Shown here one piece after another: positions 47,522 through 56,884 of a DNA stretch of 64,000 nt (position 1 is its first letter; each line of letters begins with the position of its first letter). The DNA lies in NCBI GenBank assembly GCA_015478725.1, contig JADMIG010000002.1, positions 57,254-121,253 on the forward strand, read 5' to 3'. The DNA comes from Chloroflexota bacterium. Lineage in GTDB: Bacteria > Chloroflexota > Limnocylindria > Limnocylindrales > CSP1-4. Below the pieces are notes generated by a model. That model was not told where the DNA came from, did not search any database, and saw nothing but the letters and a program-made list of their open reading frames with translations. The translations under genes and the position numbers were made by a program.

Positions 47522-48241
47522 ATGCTCCTCGCGATCCTCTCCGACATCCATGCGAATCGCGCCGCTCTCGAAGCCGTCCTCGCCGCTGCGGGACCCGTCG
47601 ACGGGATCCGGGTCCTCGGCGACATCGTCGGCTACGGACCGGATCCCGACGCCGTCGTGGAACTGCTCGCCAACCGCGGGGCGACCGGCGTGCGCGGCAA
47701 TCACGATCTGGCGGCCCTCGACGGCGAGGGGGTCGACTGGTTCAACCCGGACGCTCGGGCGGCGATCGAATGGACGCGGCACACGATCGGCGAGACGACC
47801 CGCTCCTGGCTCGCGGCTCTCCCGGAACGCCTCGTCGACGGACCGTTCACCCTCGTCCACGGGAGCCCCCGAGATCCCACCTGGGAGTACATCGTGGACG
47901 CCGGCATCGCCGGCGAGAACCTCGTCCATCTCGCGACCCGGCACTGCCTCTTCGGCCACACGCACATCCCGCTCGCGTTCCTGCGGCATGAGGACGGGAT
48001 GCGCGAGCTCCCGGCGGCGAGCAGCCCGCTGACACTCGACGAGCGGACCGCGTTCGTCAACCCGGGCAGCGTCGGACAACCGCGGGACGGCATCCGGGCG
48101 GCGAGCTGGCTCCTCCTCGACACTGCCGGACCCACGGTGACGTGGCGACGGACCCCGTACGACATCGCCGCCACGCAGGCAGCGATGCGATCGGCCGGCC
48201 TCCCTCCACGGCTCATCGCCCGGCTCGACCGAGGCGCCTGA
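47522..48241 (+). CDS. Calcineurin-like metallophosphoesterase
   Basis: SDIHAN, LGDIVGYG, GNHD, HGSP, GHTH and NPGSVGQPRDG. Confidence 0.92.
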   Translation: MLLAILSDIHANRAALEAVLAAAGPVDGIRVLGDIVGYGPDPDAVVELLANRGATGVRGNHDLAALDGEGVDWFNPDARAAIEWTRHTIGETTRSWLAALPERLVDGPFTLVHGSPRDPTWEYIVDAGIAGENLVHLATRHCLFGHTHIPLAFLRHEDGMRELPAASSPLTLDERTAFVNPGSVGQPRDGIRAASWLLLDTAGPTVTWRRTPYDIAATQAAMRSAGLPPRLIARLDRGA

Positions 48242-50304
48242 TGACCGGCGGCCGACGCCCGCTCAAGGGGCGGAAGATCGCGGACCGACGCCTGCGGGTG
48301 GACCGACCCCACGCGGCCTACTTCCGGTACACGGGCCAGGGGTCGCTCGTCGCGAAGGAGGCAGCGAGCCGGCCGCTCACGCCAGCCGGTCGGATCGTCG
48401 CCCGGGTCAAGGCCGTCGCACTCGGCCGCCCGCTCTCGAACGAGGAGGAGATCGGCGAGCGCCTCGCGAAGAAGAAGGCCCTCGCGATCTTCAGCTCCGA
48501 TGCGATCTCCTCGTCCGCCTACGCGACGGAGGAGATCCTCCGCGTCCTCATCGTCGCCGCCGCGGCGGGAGCCCTCGCCTACTCGATCGCGGTCTCGGTG
48601 GCCATCGCCGTCATGCTCACCGTGGTCTCCATCTCGTACCGACAGGTCTGTCGCGCCTACCCCTCGGGAGGCGGCGCCTACATCGTCGCGCGTGAGAACC
48701 TCGCCCCGATGGCCGGCCTCATCGCGGCCGCCGCCCTGCTCATCGACTATGTCATGACGGTGGCGGTCTCGACCGCGTCGGCGATCCAGCAGATCCAGTC
48801 GGTCGTGCCACAGGCCTACGACTACCGGATCGAGATCGCCTTCGTGTCGATCTCGCTCATCACGATCGGCAACCTGCGCGGCCTCCGGGAATCGGGAAAC
48901 ATCTTCGCCGTCCCGACGTACCTGTTCGTGGGCCTCGCGCTGCTCATCGTCGCGGTCGGGCTCAGCCGGATCGTCGGCGGCACCGCCGCCCCGATGCTTC
49001 CGCAGCCGGGGGCCGTCCAGCCGGGCACGGAAGCGCTCGGCCTGTTCCTCCTCCTCAAGGCCTTTGCGGGCGGCTCCGTCGCCCTCACCGGCGTGGAGGC
49101 CATCGCCAACGGGGTGCCCGCCTTCAAGCCCCCCGAGGCGAAGAACGCAGCGAACACGATGATCTCGATGGCCGTCATCCTCGGCGTCATCTTCATCGGC
49201 CTGACGATCATCGCCCATGCCTATGCGATCGTGCCGAGCCAGGACAACAGCGGCGGTCCGACCGTCGTCGCGATCATCGCCGCCACCGCCCTCGGTCTGA
49301 ACAGCCCACTGTTCATCCTGTTCCAGGCGAGCACAGCCCTCATCCTGTTCCTCGCCGCGAACACGAGCTTCAACGCGTTCCCGCGACTCGCCGCGATCCT
49401 CGCCGCGGACGGCTACATGCCGCGCCAGTTCAGCTTCCGGGGCGACCGGCTCGCCTACAGCTGGGGCATCGTCCTGCTGGCCGCCGTCGCGTTCGGCCTC
49501 CTCGTCATCTTCAACGGCGACACCCACGCGCTCATCCCGCTGTACTCGGTCGGCGTCTTCGTCTGCTTCACGCTCTCGCAGACCGGGATGGTCCGCCACT
49601 GGCGCAGGGTCCGCGAGGCGGGCTGGCGGTGGCGAGCGCTCGTCAACGCGTTCGGCGGCGTCCTCACGGCGGTGGTCCTTGCCGTCGTCGTCGCGGTGAA
49701 GTTCCGCGACGGCGCGTACCTCGTCGTCATCCTCATCCCCGTCCTCGTCAGCCTTATGCTCTTCATCAACCGACAGTACGCCGCGTCGAGGCGCCAGCTC
49801 GCACTCCGCCCGGACCAGGTGATCGGACCGCCACATCGCGCGGAACGGGTCGTCATCCCCATCCCGACCCTCAACCGGGCAGTCGTCCAGGCCGTCAACG
49901 TCGGCCGTTCCATCAGCGACGACGTCCGGGCGGTCTACATCTCGGACGCCCCGGACGACGCGGCTGCGATGCGGGCGGAGTGGGATCGGCGAGTCCCGGG
50001 CGTTCCGCTCGTCGTCGTCGAGTCTCCGTACCGGGCGCTCGTCGGTCCGCTCATCGCCTACCTCGACGTGCTGGACCGAGGCGGGGCGTCCGATCATGAC
50101 GCACCGATCACGTTCATCGTCGTCCCCGAATATGTCGCCCGCAACTGGTGGGAGCGGATCCTTTACAACCAGTCCTCCAAGCGTCTTCGCAAGGCCCTCC
50201 TCGGTCGACCGAACACGGTCGTCGTCAACGTCCCCTACCGGCGCGAGGACGCGGCGTCGTTCGACCACCAGCCCGGGGAGGCGCCGGATACCGTCGAGCC
50301 CTGA
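48241..50304 (+). CDS. APC-family permease, KimA/YdaO-like potassium transporter
   Basis: FSSDAISSSAYATEE, YPSGGGAY, DYVMTVAVS, TGVEAIANG, LIPLYSVGVF and SPYR. Confidence 0.88.
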   Translation: MTGGRRPLKGRKIADRRLRVDRPHAAYFRYTGQGSLVAKEAASRPLTPAGRIVARVKAVALGRPLSNEEEIGERLAKKKALAIFSSDAISSSAYATEEILRVLIVAAAAGALAYSIAVSVAIAVMLTVVSISYRQVCRAYPSGGGAYIVARENLAPMAGLIAAAALLIDYVMTVAVSTASAIQQIQSVVPQAYDYRIEIAFVSISLITIGNLRGLRESGNIFAVPTYLFVGLALLIVAVGLSRIVGGTAAPMLPQPGAVQPGTEALGLFLLLKAFAGGSVALTGVEAIANGVPAFKPPEAKNAANTMISMAVILGVIFIGLTIIAHAYAIVPSQDNSGGPTVVAIIAATALGLNSPLFILFQASTALILFLAANTSFNAFPRLAAILAADGYMPRQFSFRGDRLAYSWGIVLLAAVAFGLLVIFNGDTHALIPLYSVGVFVCFTLSQTGMVRHWRRVREAGWRWRALVNAFGGVLTAVVLAVVVAVKFRDGAYLVVILIPVLVSLMLFINRQYAASRRQLALRPDQVIGPPHRAERVVIPIPTLNRAVVQAVNVGRSISDDVRAVYISDAPDDAAAMRAEWDRRVPGVPLVVVESPYRALVGPLIAYLDVLDRGGASDHDAPITFIVVPEYVARNWWERILYNQSSKRLRKALLGRPNTVVVNVPYRREDAASFDHQPGEAPDTVEP

Positions 50305-50458
50305 GCGGCCCGCCGGCTCCGGTCGGGCCCGGGCGGTGGTATCGTGACCGCCGCGTCGACGCCGGACAGGCGCCGACCACCGCAAACCGACCATCATCCG
50401 CGCGGTCGAAGCGGCGTTTCCGACCTCGCACCCCGCTCATCCGGGAGCCCACCCACCG

Positions 50459-50920
50459 GTGTCCGACCATGAACCGCAGACCGCCATCCGGTGCGCCGTC
50501 GTCGCTCTGAACGGCGGGCCGAGCGACCCCCGGATCGTCCGGCTGGCGATCGACCTCGCCCGCCCCTCGAAGTCGATCCTCGTCGGCGTCCACGTCGTGG
50601 AGATCGACTGGACCCTCCCGCTCGACGCGGACGTGGCCGGTCGGTCGGAGGACACCCAGCGCGTCCTCGACCTCGCCGAGCAGATCGCCGATCACGCCCG
50701 CTACCGGATCGAACCGGTGCTCCTCCAGGCCCGGGATGTCGGCGCGGCGCTCGTCGACGAGGCCACGGAGCGGTCCGCCGACCTCCTCATCCTCGGCCTG
50801 CCGTACCGCAAGCGGTTCGGCGGCGACTTCGCGATCGGGCGGACCATCCCGTATGTCCTGAAGAACGCCCCGTGCGCCGTGTGGGTCGTGCGGGACCCCA
50901 TCCCCGAGGAGGGACCATGA
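50459..50920 (+). CDS. Universal stress protein
   Basis: GAALVDEA...DLLILG...IGRTIPYVLKNAPCAVWV. Confidence 0.85.
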   Translation: MSDHEPQTAIRCAVVALNGGPSDPRIVRLAIDLARPSKSILVGVHVVEIDWTLPLDADVAGRSEDTQRVLDLAEQIADHARYRIEPVLLQARDVGAALVDEATERSADLLILGLPYRKRFGGDFAIGRTIPYVLKNAPCAVWVVRDPIPEEGP

Positions 50921-51417
50921 AGGCGGTCATCGTCGGCTGTGGCCGCGTCGGCGCGGTCGTCGCCGAGTCGTTCGATCGAGCCGGCCATCAGGTGATCATC
51001 ATCGACCGTTCGACCGCGGCATTCGACAAGCTCGACTCCTCGTTCAAGGGGGAGGCAGTCCGGGGCGACGGCACGGACGAGGACGTGCTCCGCCGCGCCG
51101 GAGCCGAAGGGGCGGACCTGTTCCTCGCGCTCACCGAGGGCGACAATCGGAACACCATGTCCGCCCAGCTCGCGCTCGAGGCACTCGGGGCGCAGCGCGT
51201 CGTCGCCAAGATCAACGATCCGCTCCGGGCCGACGCATATGCCGACCTCGGCATCGCCACGATCTGCCGGACCGACCTGATGCTCGACGCGATCCTCGAT
51301 TTCGCCGGGCTTCCGAACGGCGGACCGCGGGGCGTGCTGCGCCCGAAGGGGACCCACCCGGGCGGCACGCATCACGAACCGGCGCCCGCGACCGGCGCCG
51401 CCACGACGGAGGGCTGA
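50917..51417 (+). CDS. TrkA-N (RCK_N) potassium uptake regulatory subunit
   Basis: IVGCGRVG, GDGTD and TEGDNRN. Confidence 0.88.
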   Translation: MKAVIVGCGRVGAVVAESFDRAGHQVIIIDRSTAAFDKLDSSFKGEAVRGDGTDEDVLRRAGAEGADLFLALTEGDNRNTMSAQLALEALGAQRVVAKINDPLRADAYADLGIATICRTDLMLDAILDFAGLPNGGPRGVLRPKGTHPGGTHHEPAPATGAATTEG

Positions 51418-51419
51418 CC

Positions 51420-52097
51420 ATGTTCGTGCTCGTCGTGGGTGGCGGCAAGGTGGGCTACTACCTGGCCAAGGAGCTCGTGGAGGCCGGTCACGAGGTGGTC
51501 CTCCTCGAGAAGGACCGAGCGCGGGCCGATCAGATCGCGGACGAGATCGGTTCGATCGTGCTCGCCCACGACGGCTGCGAGGGCAAGTACCTCGGCGAGG
51601 CCGGGGCGAACCGGGCCGACATCGTCGCCGCGGTGACGGGCGACGACGAGGACAACCTCGTGATCTGCCAGATGGCGAAGCATCACTTCGACGTCCCGCG
51701 CACGATCGCCCGCGTGAACAATCCGAAGAACGAGTCCCTGTTCAAGCACCTCGGCGTCGACGAGATCATCAGCCCGACCCGGATGATCCTCGGCTCGATC
51801 GAGCAGGACATCCCGGTCCACGAGCTCCTCCACCTCGGCACCCTCGGCGGGTCGGATCTCGAGCTCATCGAGGCGCCGCTCCAGGCCGGCTCGCCCGCCA
51901 TCGGCCGGTCGCCGAACGACCTGACGATCCCCGAGGGATGCGCGCTGTTCGCCGTCGTCCGGGCCGGGCGGGCGATGCCGCTCCGCGCGGACATGACGCT
52001 CGCGGTCGGCGACAAGGTCATCGCGATCGGGCGCGCAGAATGCGAGGCGGCCCTCCACAGCCAGCTCATGGGCGAGACCGAGGCGGTCGGCGGCTGA
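51420..52097 (+). CDS. trkA: TrkA-family (RCK_N + RCK_C) potassium uptake protein
   Basis: VGGGKVG, TGDDEDNL and ARVNNP, with a C-terminal RCK_C. Confidence 0.88.
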   Translation: MFVLVVGGGKVGYYLAKELVEAGHEVVLLEKDRARADQIADEIGSIVLAHDGCEGKYLGEAGANRADIVAAVTGDDEDNLVICQMAKHHFDVPRTIARVNNPKNESLFKHLGVDEIISPTRMILGSIEQDIPVHELLHLGTLGGSDLELIEAPLQAGSPAIGRSPNDLTIPEGCALFAVVRAGRAMPLRADMTLAVGDKVIAIGRAECEAALHSQLMGETEAVGG

Positions 52098-52109
52098 TCC
52101 TGGGGATCG

Positions 52110-52245
52110 CCCTCGCGCCTCGCCTCGCCTCGCTCGCCTCGCCGAAGTTCGCGTCGGCGTCCAGCCGTTCGCGTCGGCGTCCACCCGTTCGCGTCGCTCG
52201 CCTGCCCGTTCGCGTCGCTCGTCTGTCCCGACTTCGCGTCGCGTA
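52110..52245. repeat. Intergenic microsatellite plus degenerate 20-21-nt tandem array
   Basis: (CCTCG)n followed by about five units containing TTCGCGTCG (e.g. CCGTTCGCGTCGGCGTCCA). Confidence 0.8.
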
Positions 52246-52439
52246 CGCGCCCGATGCGTGGTAGACCGTGGGAGCGGCGGCGGCCGCCCTGGCGCCCGCA
52301 CCGCGGACCCTGACCTGGGCGCCTTCCGCCCCGCTCGCCGAGTCCAGTACGCACCCCGCGCGTATCCGGCGCAGTCCGACCTGCCCGGCAGGCAGGACGC
52401 CCCCGGATCCCCGGCCCATCAAACACCGAGCACACGTCT

Positions 52440-52471
52440 CTTGACAACAAGATTGTCAATGTTCTAGCATC
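52440..52471 (+). promoter_or_regulatory. HAIR-like operator overlapping a sigma70 promoter
   Basis: CTTGACA-N7-TGTCAAT at 52440-52460; TTGACA -35 and TAGCAT -10. Confidence 0.75.
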
Positions 52472-52476
52472 CGACC

Positions 52477-52707
52477 ATGTCCGGTTCCTTAAACATGAAC
52501 ACCACGCGTGCGGGTTCCGGACGCCCGCACCCAGCACGGAGGTTCACGACGATAACGATCGTGTGCCGCCCGTCGCCGTTCGGAGAGCTCTGTCGCTTGG
52601 TTCGGCGACGGATCGGCTCGTTGATGACAGTTTCGTTCGACCGGCCCGCTGGACCGGCGTCTTCGATGGCGGACCCGGCCGTCGAGCCGGCCGGAACCGG
52701 AGCCTGA
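52477..52707 (+). CDS. Possible leaderless 76-aa upstream ORF of the hspR operon
   Basis: ATG lies a few nt after TAGCAT; stop is 4 nt before the hspR ATG; no recognisable family. Confidence 0.35.
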   Translation: MSGSLNMNTTRAGSGRPHPARRFTTITIVCRPSPFGELCRLVRRRIGSLMTVSFDRPAGPASSMADPAVEPAGTGA

Positions 52708-52711
52708 GCGG

Positions 52712-53062
52712 ATGACCTCGCGCGCGGAACGAGACCCGGCGCGGCCCGTCTACGTCATCAGCGTGGCGGCCAGCATCGTCAGCGTTCATCCGCGGACCCT
52801 GCGGATCTACGAGGACGAGGGTCTCCTCTGCCCGGCGCGGACACCGAGCAACAACCGGCTCTACAGTGAGGACGACATCCGACGGGTCCTCTGGATCCGC
52901 CACCTGACCCGCGACCGGGGCGTCAACCTGGCCGGGATCCGCCTCCTCTTCGAATTGGAGGAGCGACTCGGGACTCGAGTCCTCGAGGCGCTCTTCGACG
53001 AGGGGATGGCGGACCGGGCCAGGACCGCCGACGGCGACCGACCGGACCGCACCGACCCGTGA
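52712..53062 (+). CDS. hspR: MerR-family heat-shock repressor, HspR-like
   Basis: PVYVISVAA...HPRTLRIYE..GL..P.RT...RLYS..D...GVNLAGI; heads lon-dnaJ-clpB. Confidence 0.85.
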   Translation: MTSRAERDPARPVYVISVAASIVSVHPRTLRIYEDEGLLCPARTPSNNRLYSEDDIRRVLWIRHLTRDRGVNLAGIRLLFELEERLGTRVLEALFDEGMADRARTADGDRPDRTDP

Positions 53063-53144
53063 TCATCCATATGGACAGGGCAGTCGCCCCGTTCGACACG
53101 CATCCGGCGACGACAATGATCGCCGTCCCGCCGAGGAGAACCTG

Positions 53145-55712
53145 ATGGCCGACAAGACCGCCAAGCCGGAGGAGGCGCGACCCGCCGCTCAACCGGGCCC
53201 GGAGAGCCGCCCGACGGGACCGCTCGAGATGCCGCTCGTCGCCCTCCGCGAGACGGTCATCTTCCCGGAGATGATCGTCCCGCTCCAGGTCGGCCGCGAG
53301 AAGAGCGTCAACGCACTCAACGCCGCCGTCGCGGCGGGCGGACCCATCGCCCTCGTCACGCAGCGCCGCGCTGAACAGGAGGAGATCGAGAAGCCGGACG
53401 AGCTGTACGCCATCGGGACGCTCGCCAAGATCGCCCAGGTGGTCCAGCTCCAGGACGGCACCGTGCGGGCGATCGTCCAGGGCCAGCGCCGCATCAGGGT
53501 CGTCAGCTTCACCCAGACTGCCCCGTACCTCGCGGCCACGATCGAGGAGCTCCCGGACGGCATCCCCGACGGGGTCGAGGTCGAAGCCCTCATGCGATCG
53601 GTCCAGGCGCAGATCGAGCAGTACGTCGCGAACGGGGCGCCCGTCCCGCCGGAGGCGGCCGTCGCCGCCCGGAACATCACGGATCCGGGGCTCCTCGCGG
53701 ACATGGTCGCCTACAGCCCGGATATGACGACGGAGCAGCGCCAGGAGCTCCTCGAGACCGTCGACGTCATCGAGCGCCTCAAGCTCGTCAGTGGCTTCCT
53801 CGCCCGCCAGGTGGAGATCCTCGAGCTCAAGGGCCGGATCCAGTCCGAGGTCAAGTCCGAGATGGACAAGACCCAGCGGGAGTACATCCTCCGCGAGCAG
53901 CTGAAGGCGATCCAGCGCGAACTCGGCGAGGACGATCCGCAGCAGGCCGAGATCGGCGAGCTCCGCGACAAGGTCGAGGCCGCCGGCATGCCGGACGAGA
54001 TCAAGGCCCGGGCGATCAAGGAGATCGACCGGATGAGCCGCATCCCGTCGGCGAGCCCGGAGGTCGGCGTCATCCGGACGTACGTCGACTGGCTCGTCGG
54101 GTTGCCGTGGAACGTCGCGACGACCGACCTCCTCGACATCAAGCAGGCCGCGAAGGTCCTCGACGAGGACCACTACGGCCTCGAGAAGATCAAGGATCGG
54201 ATCCTCGAGTATCTCGCGGTCCGGACGCTCGCCGACCAGATCCGCAGCCCCATCCTCTGCTTCGTCGGACCGCCCGGCGTCGGCAAGACGAGCCTCGGCA
54301 AGAGCATCGCCCGGGCGATGGGCCGCAAGTTCGTCCGGATGAGCCTTGGCGGGATCCACGACGAGGCGGAGATCCGCGGTCACCGCCGGACGTACATCGG
54401 CGCTCTGCCCGGACGGGTGATCCAGAACATCAAGACCGCCGGATCGAACAACCCGGTCTTCATGCTCGACGAAGTCGACAAGATCGGGATGGACTTCCGG
54501 GGCGATCCGTCGAGCGCGCTGCTCGAAGTCCTCGACCCGGAGCAGAACAACACCTTCCAGGACAACTACCTCGAGGTCCCCTTCGACCTGAGCCGCGTCC
54601 TGTTCATCGCGACCGGAAATCTGCTCGACCCGATCCCGGCCCCGCTTCGGGACCGGATGGAGATCATCCATCTGCCGGGGTACACCCAGAAGGAGAAGGT
54701 CGGGATCGCTCGCCGGTTCCTCATCCCGAAGCAGATGGAGAACCACGGCCTCAAGACGAAGCACATCGACATCACCGACGAGGCGCTCCTCGAGCTCGTC
54801 CAAGCGTACACCCACGAGGCCGGCGTCCGAAACATCGAGCGCGAGATCGCGAACATCATGCGCAAGGTGGCGCGGACCGTGGCCGAGGGTCGCAAGCGGA
54901 AGACCGTGGTCGACCTGCGCAAGCTCGACGAGTACCTCGGGCCACCGCGCTTCGAGTACGGCGAGCTCGAGCGGGAGGACCAGATCGGCTCGGCGACCGG
55001 TCTCGTCGTCACGGAGGTCGGCGGGGACGTGGTCGCCGTCGAGGTGACGATCATGGAGGGCAAGGAGGACTTCATCCTCACCGGCCAGCTCGGCGAGGTC
55101 ATGCGCGAGTCCGCCCGGGCAGCCCTGTCGTGGATCCGCAGCCACGCGGCGGCCCTCGGGATCGAGCGCGAGACGTTCGAGAAGAACACCCTCCACATCC
55201 ATGTCCCGGCTGGGGCGACGCCGAAGGACGGCCCGTCGGCCGGCGTCACGATGGCGACCGCCATGGTGAGCGCGTTCACCGGCATCCCCGTCCGCAAGGA
55301 TGTCGCCATGACCGGCGAGATCACCCTCCGAGGGCGTGTCCTCGCGATCGGCGGGCTCAAGCAGAAGACGCTCGCGGCCCACCTCTCGGGAGCCAAGACC
55401 GTCATCATCCCGAAGAAGAACGAGAAGGACCTCCGCGACATCCCCGACGAGATCCGCAAGCAGATCCGGATCATCCCGGTCGAGACGGCCGAGCAGGTCC
55501 TCGAGGCGGCGCTTCGTCGCCGTCCGACCCCCCTCGTGCCGAAGACACCGAAGGCGGCGTCCGACGAGCGCGGCGGCGGGACGACGGCCGAGGACGGCGG
55601 GCATGTCCGCCGTCCGAACTTCCCGCCGTCGGATCAACCGCCCGTCATGGTCGAGCCACCAGCGCGACGGGCGATACGCGCACCGACCGGCGGCCGGCGA
55701 CGGTACGACTGA
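53145..55712 (+). CDS. lon: ATP-dependent Lon protease
   Basis: Lon-N domain, GPPGVGKTS, RGHRRTY, PKDGPSAG (catalytic Ser) and MTGEITLRG. Confidence 0.97.
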   Translation: MADKTAKPEEARPAAQPGPESRPTGPLEMPLVALRETVIFPEMIVPLQVGREKSVNALNAAVAAGGPIALVTQRRAEQEEIEKPDELYAIGTLAKIAQVVQLQDGTVRAIVQGQRRIRVVSFTQTAPYLAATIEELPDGIPDGVEVEALMRSVQAQIEQYVANGAPVPPEAAVAARNITDPGLLADMVAYSPDMTTEQRQELLETVDVIERLKLVSGFLARQVEILELKGRIQSEVKSEMDKTQREYILREQLKAIQRELGEDDPQQAEIGELRDKVEAAGMPDEIKARAIKEIDRMSRIPSASPEVGVIRTYVDWLVGLPWNVATTDLLDIKQAAKVLDEDHYGLEKIKDRILEYLAVRTLADQIRSPILCFVGPPGVGKTSLGKSIARAMGRKFVRMSLGGIHDEAEIRGHRRTYIGALPGRVIQNIKTAGSNNPVFMLDEVDKIGMDFRGDPSSALLEVLDPEQNNTFQDNYLEVPFDLSRVLFIATGNLLDPIPAPLRDRMEIIHLPGYTQKEKVGIARRFLIPKQMENHGLKTKHIDITDEALLELVQAYTHEAGVRNIEREIANIMRKVARTVAEGRKRKTVVDLRKLDEYLGPPRFEYGELEREDQIGSATGLVVTEVGGDVVAVEVTIMEGKEDFILTGQLGEVMRESARAALSWIRSHAAALGIERETFEKNTLHIHVPAGATPKDGPSAGVTMATAMVSAFTGIPVRKDVAMTGEITLRGRVLAIGGLKQKTLAAHLSGAKTVIIPKKNEKDLRDIPDEIRKQIRIIPVETAEQVLEAALRRRPTPLVPKTPKAASDERGGGTTAEDGGHVRRPNFPPSDQPPVMVEPPARRAIRAPTGGRRRYD

Positions 55713-55757
55713 GCCCCCTCGGGGTACGGGTGTCGGGCGGGACCCGGAGGGCCTGAC

Positions 55758-56855
55758 ATGGAATTCAGGGACTACTACGCGACCCTCGGCGTGGCCCGGA
55801 CGGCGAGCCAGGCGGAGATCAAGAAGGCGTTCCGGAAGCTCGCTCGGGTGCACCATCCGGACGTCAAGCCGAACGACAAGGCCGCGGAACGTCGCTTCAA
55901 GGACATCAACGAGGCGAACGCGGTCCTCTCGGATCCGGGAAAACGGGCCCAGTACGACACGCTCGGCCCGGATTGGGAGTCGGTCGCCCGGGCCGGCGCC
56001 GGCCATGCCGGCCGGGGGGCGTCGGCGGCCGGTGGCGCGGGCCCCTTCGCCGGTTTCGGTGGCGGCAACGTCCGCTACGAGTTCCGGACCACCGGCGACG
56101 CGTCCGGATTCTCCGATTTCTTCCGCACCTTCTTCAGCGGCGACGCCCGTGACGGCGGCCCGTCCGGGAGCTCGACGCGGGCGCGCACGACGAACGACGC
56201 CACGTTCGAGGAAATCCTCGCCGGGATGGGCCTCGACGCTGCCGGCTCGACCCCTGCGACGGGCGCGACCGGTGGCGCAGGGCGACGACCGAGCAGCGGT
56301 CGCGGCGGTTCGCGGACAGCCGGGGCCGGGGCGGGCCGACACGATCGGGACCTCGAGGCGACCGTCGATGTGACGCTCGAGGAGGCCTACAACGGCACAA
56401 CCCGGCTCGTCGAGATCGACGGCAAGCGGCTCGAGGTGACGATCCCGCGCGGCGTCGACGCCGGGAGCAGGATCCGGCTCGCGGGTAGGGGCGGTGACGG
56501 TCGGGATCTGTACCTCGTGACGTCCCTCCGACCCCACCCCACATTCACCCGGCGCGGAGCGGACCTCGAACGCGAGGTGCCGGTCACCCTCCGCGAAGCG
56601 CTGCTCGGCGCCGAGGTGCCGGTCGGGACGCTCCGTGGCCGCGTCCTGCTCACGGTCCCGGCCCGGACCCAGAATGGCCGGACGTTCCGACTCAGCGGGC
56701 AGGGGATGCCGCGGCTCTCCGGCGACGGCATCGGCGACCTCTACGTCAGGATCCGCATCGTCCTTCCGACACGCCTGAGCAGCGAGGCCGAGGACGCCGC
56801 CCGCCGGTTCCTCGAGCTCGTCGAGCAGCCGGATCCACGCGTCGACGCGACCTGA
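55758..56855 (+). CDS. Class II J-domain chaperone (DnaJ/CbpA-like, no zinc finger)
   Basis: [13 protein letters not shown]-rich region and DnaJ_C; no CxxCxGxG repeats. Confidence 0.92.
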   Translation: MEFRDYYATLGVARTASQAEIKKAFRKLARVHHPDVKPNDKAAERRFKDINEANAVLSDPGKRAQYDTLGPDWESVARAGAGHAGRGASAAGGAGPFAGFGGGNVRYEFRTTGDASGFSDFFRTFFSGDARDGGPSGSSTRARTTNDATFEEILAGMGLDAAGSTPATGATGGAGRRPSSGRGGSRTAGAGAGRHDRDLEATVDVTLEEAYNGTTRLVEIDGKRLEVTIPRGVDAGSRIRLAGRGGDGRDLYLVTSLRPHPTFTRRGADLEREVPVTLREALLGAEVPVGTLRGRVLLTVPARTQNGRTFRLSGQGMPRLSGDGIGDLYVRIRIVLPTRLSSEAEDAARRFLELVEQPDPRVDAT

Positions 56856-56884
56856 CACGCAGCAGCAGAGAGAATCGGACCCAC

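Noticed and set aside
48142..48241. c-di-AMP (ydaO) riboswitch before the KimA-like gene
   Set aside because: There is no intergenic space; the upstream stop overlaps the start codon
52110..52245. Tandem array as a CRISPR
   Set aside because: Units are contiguous and degenerate, without unique spacers
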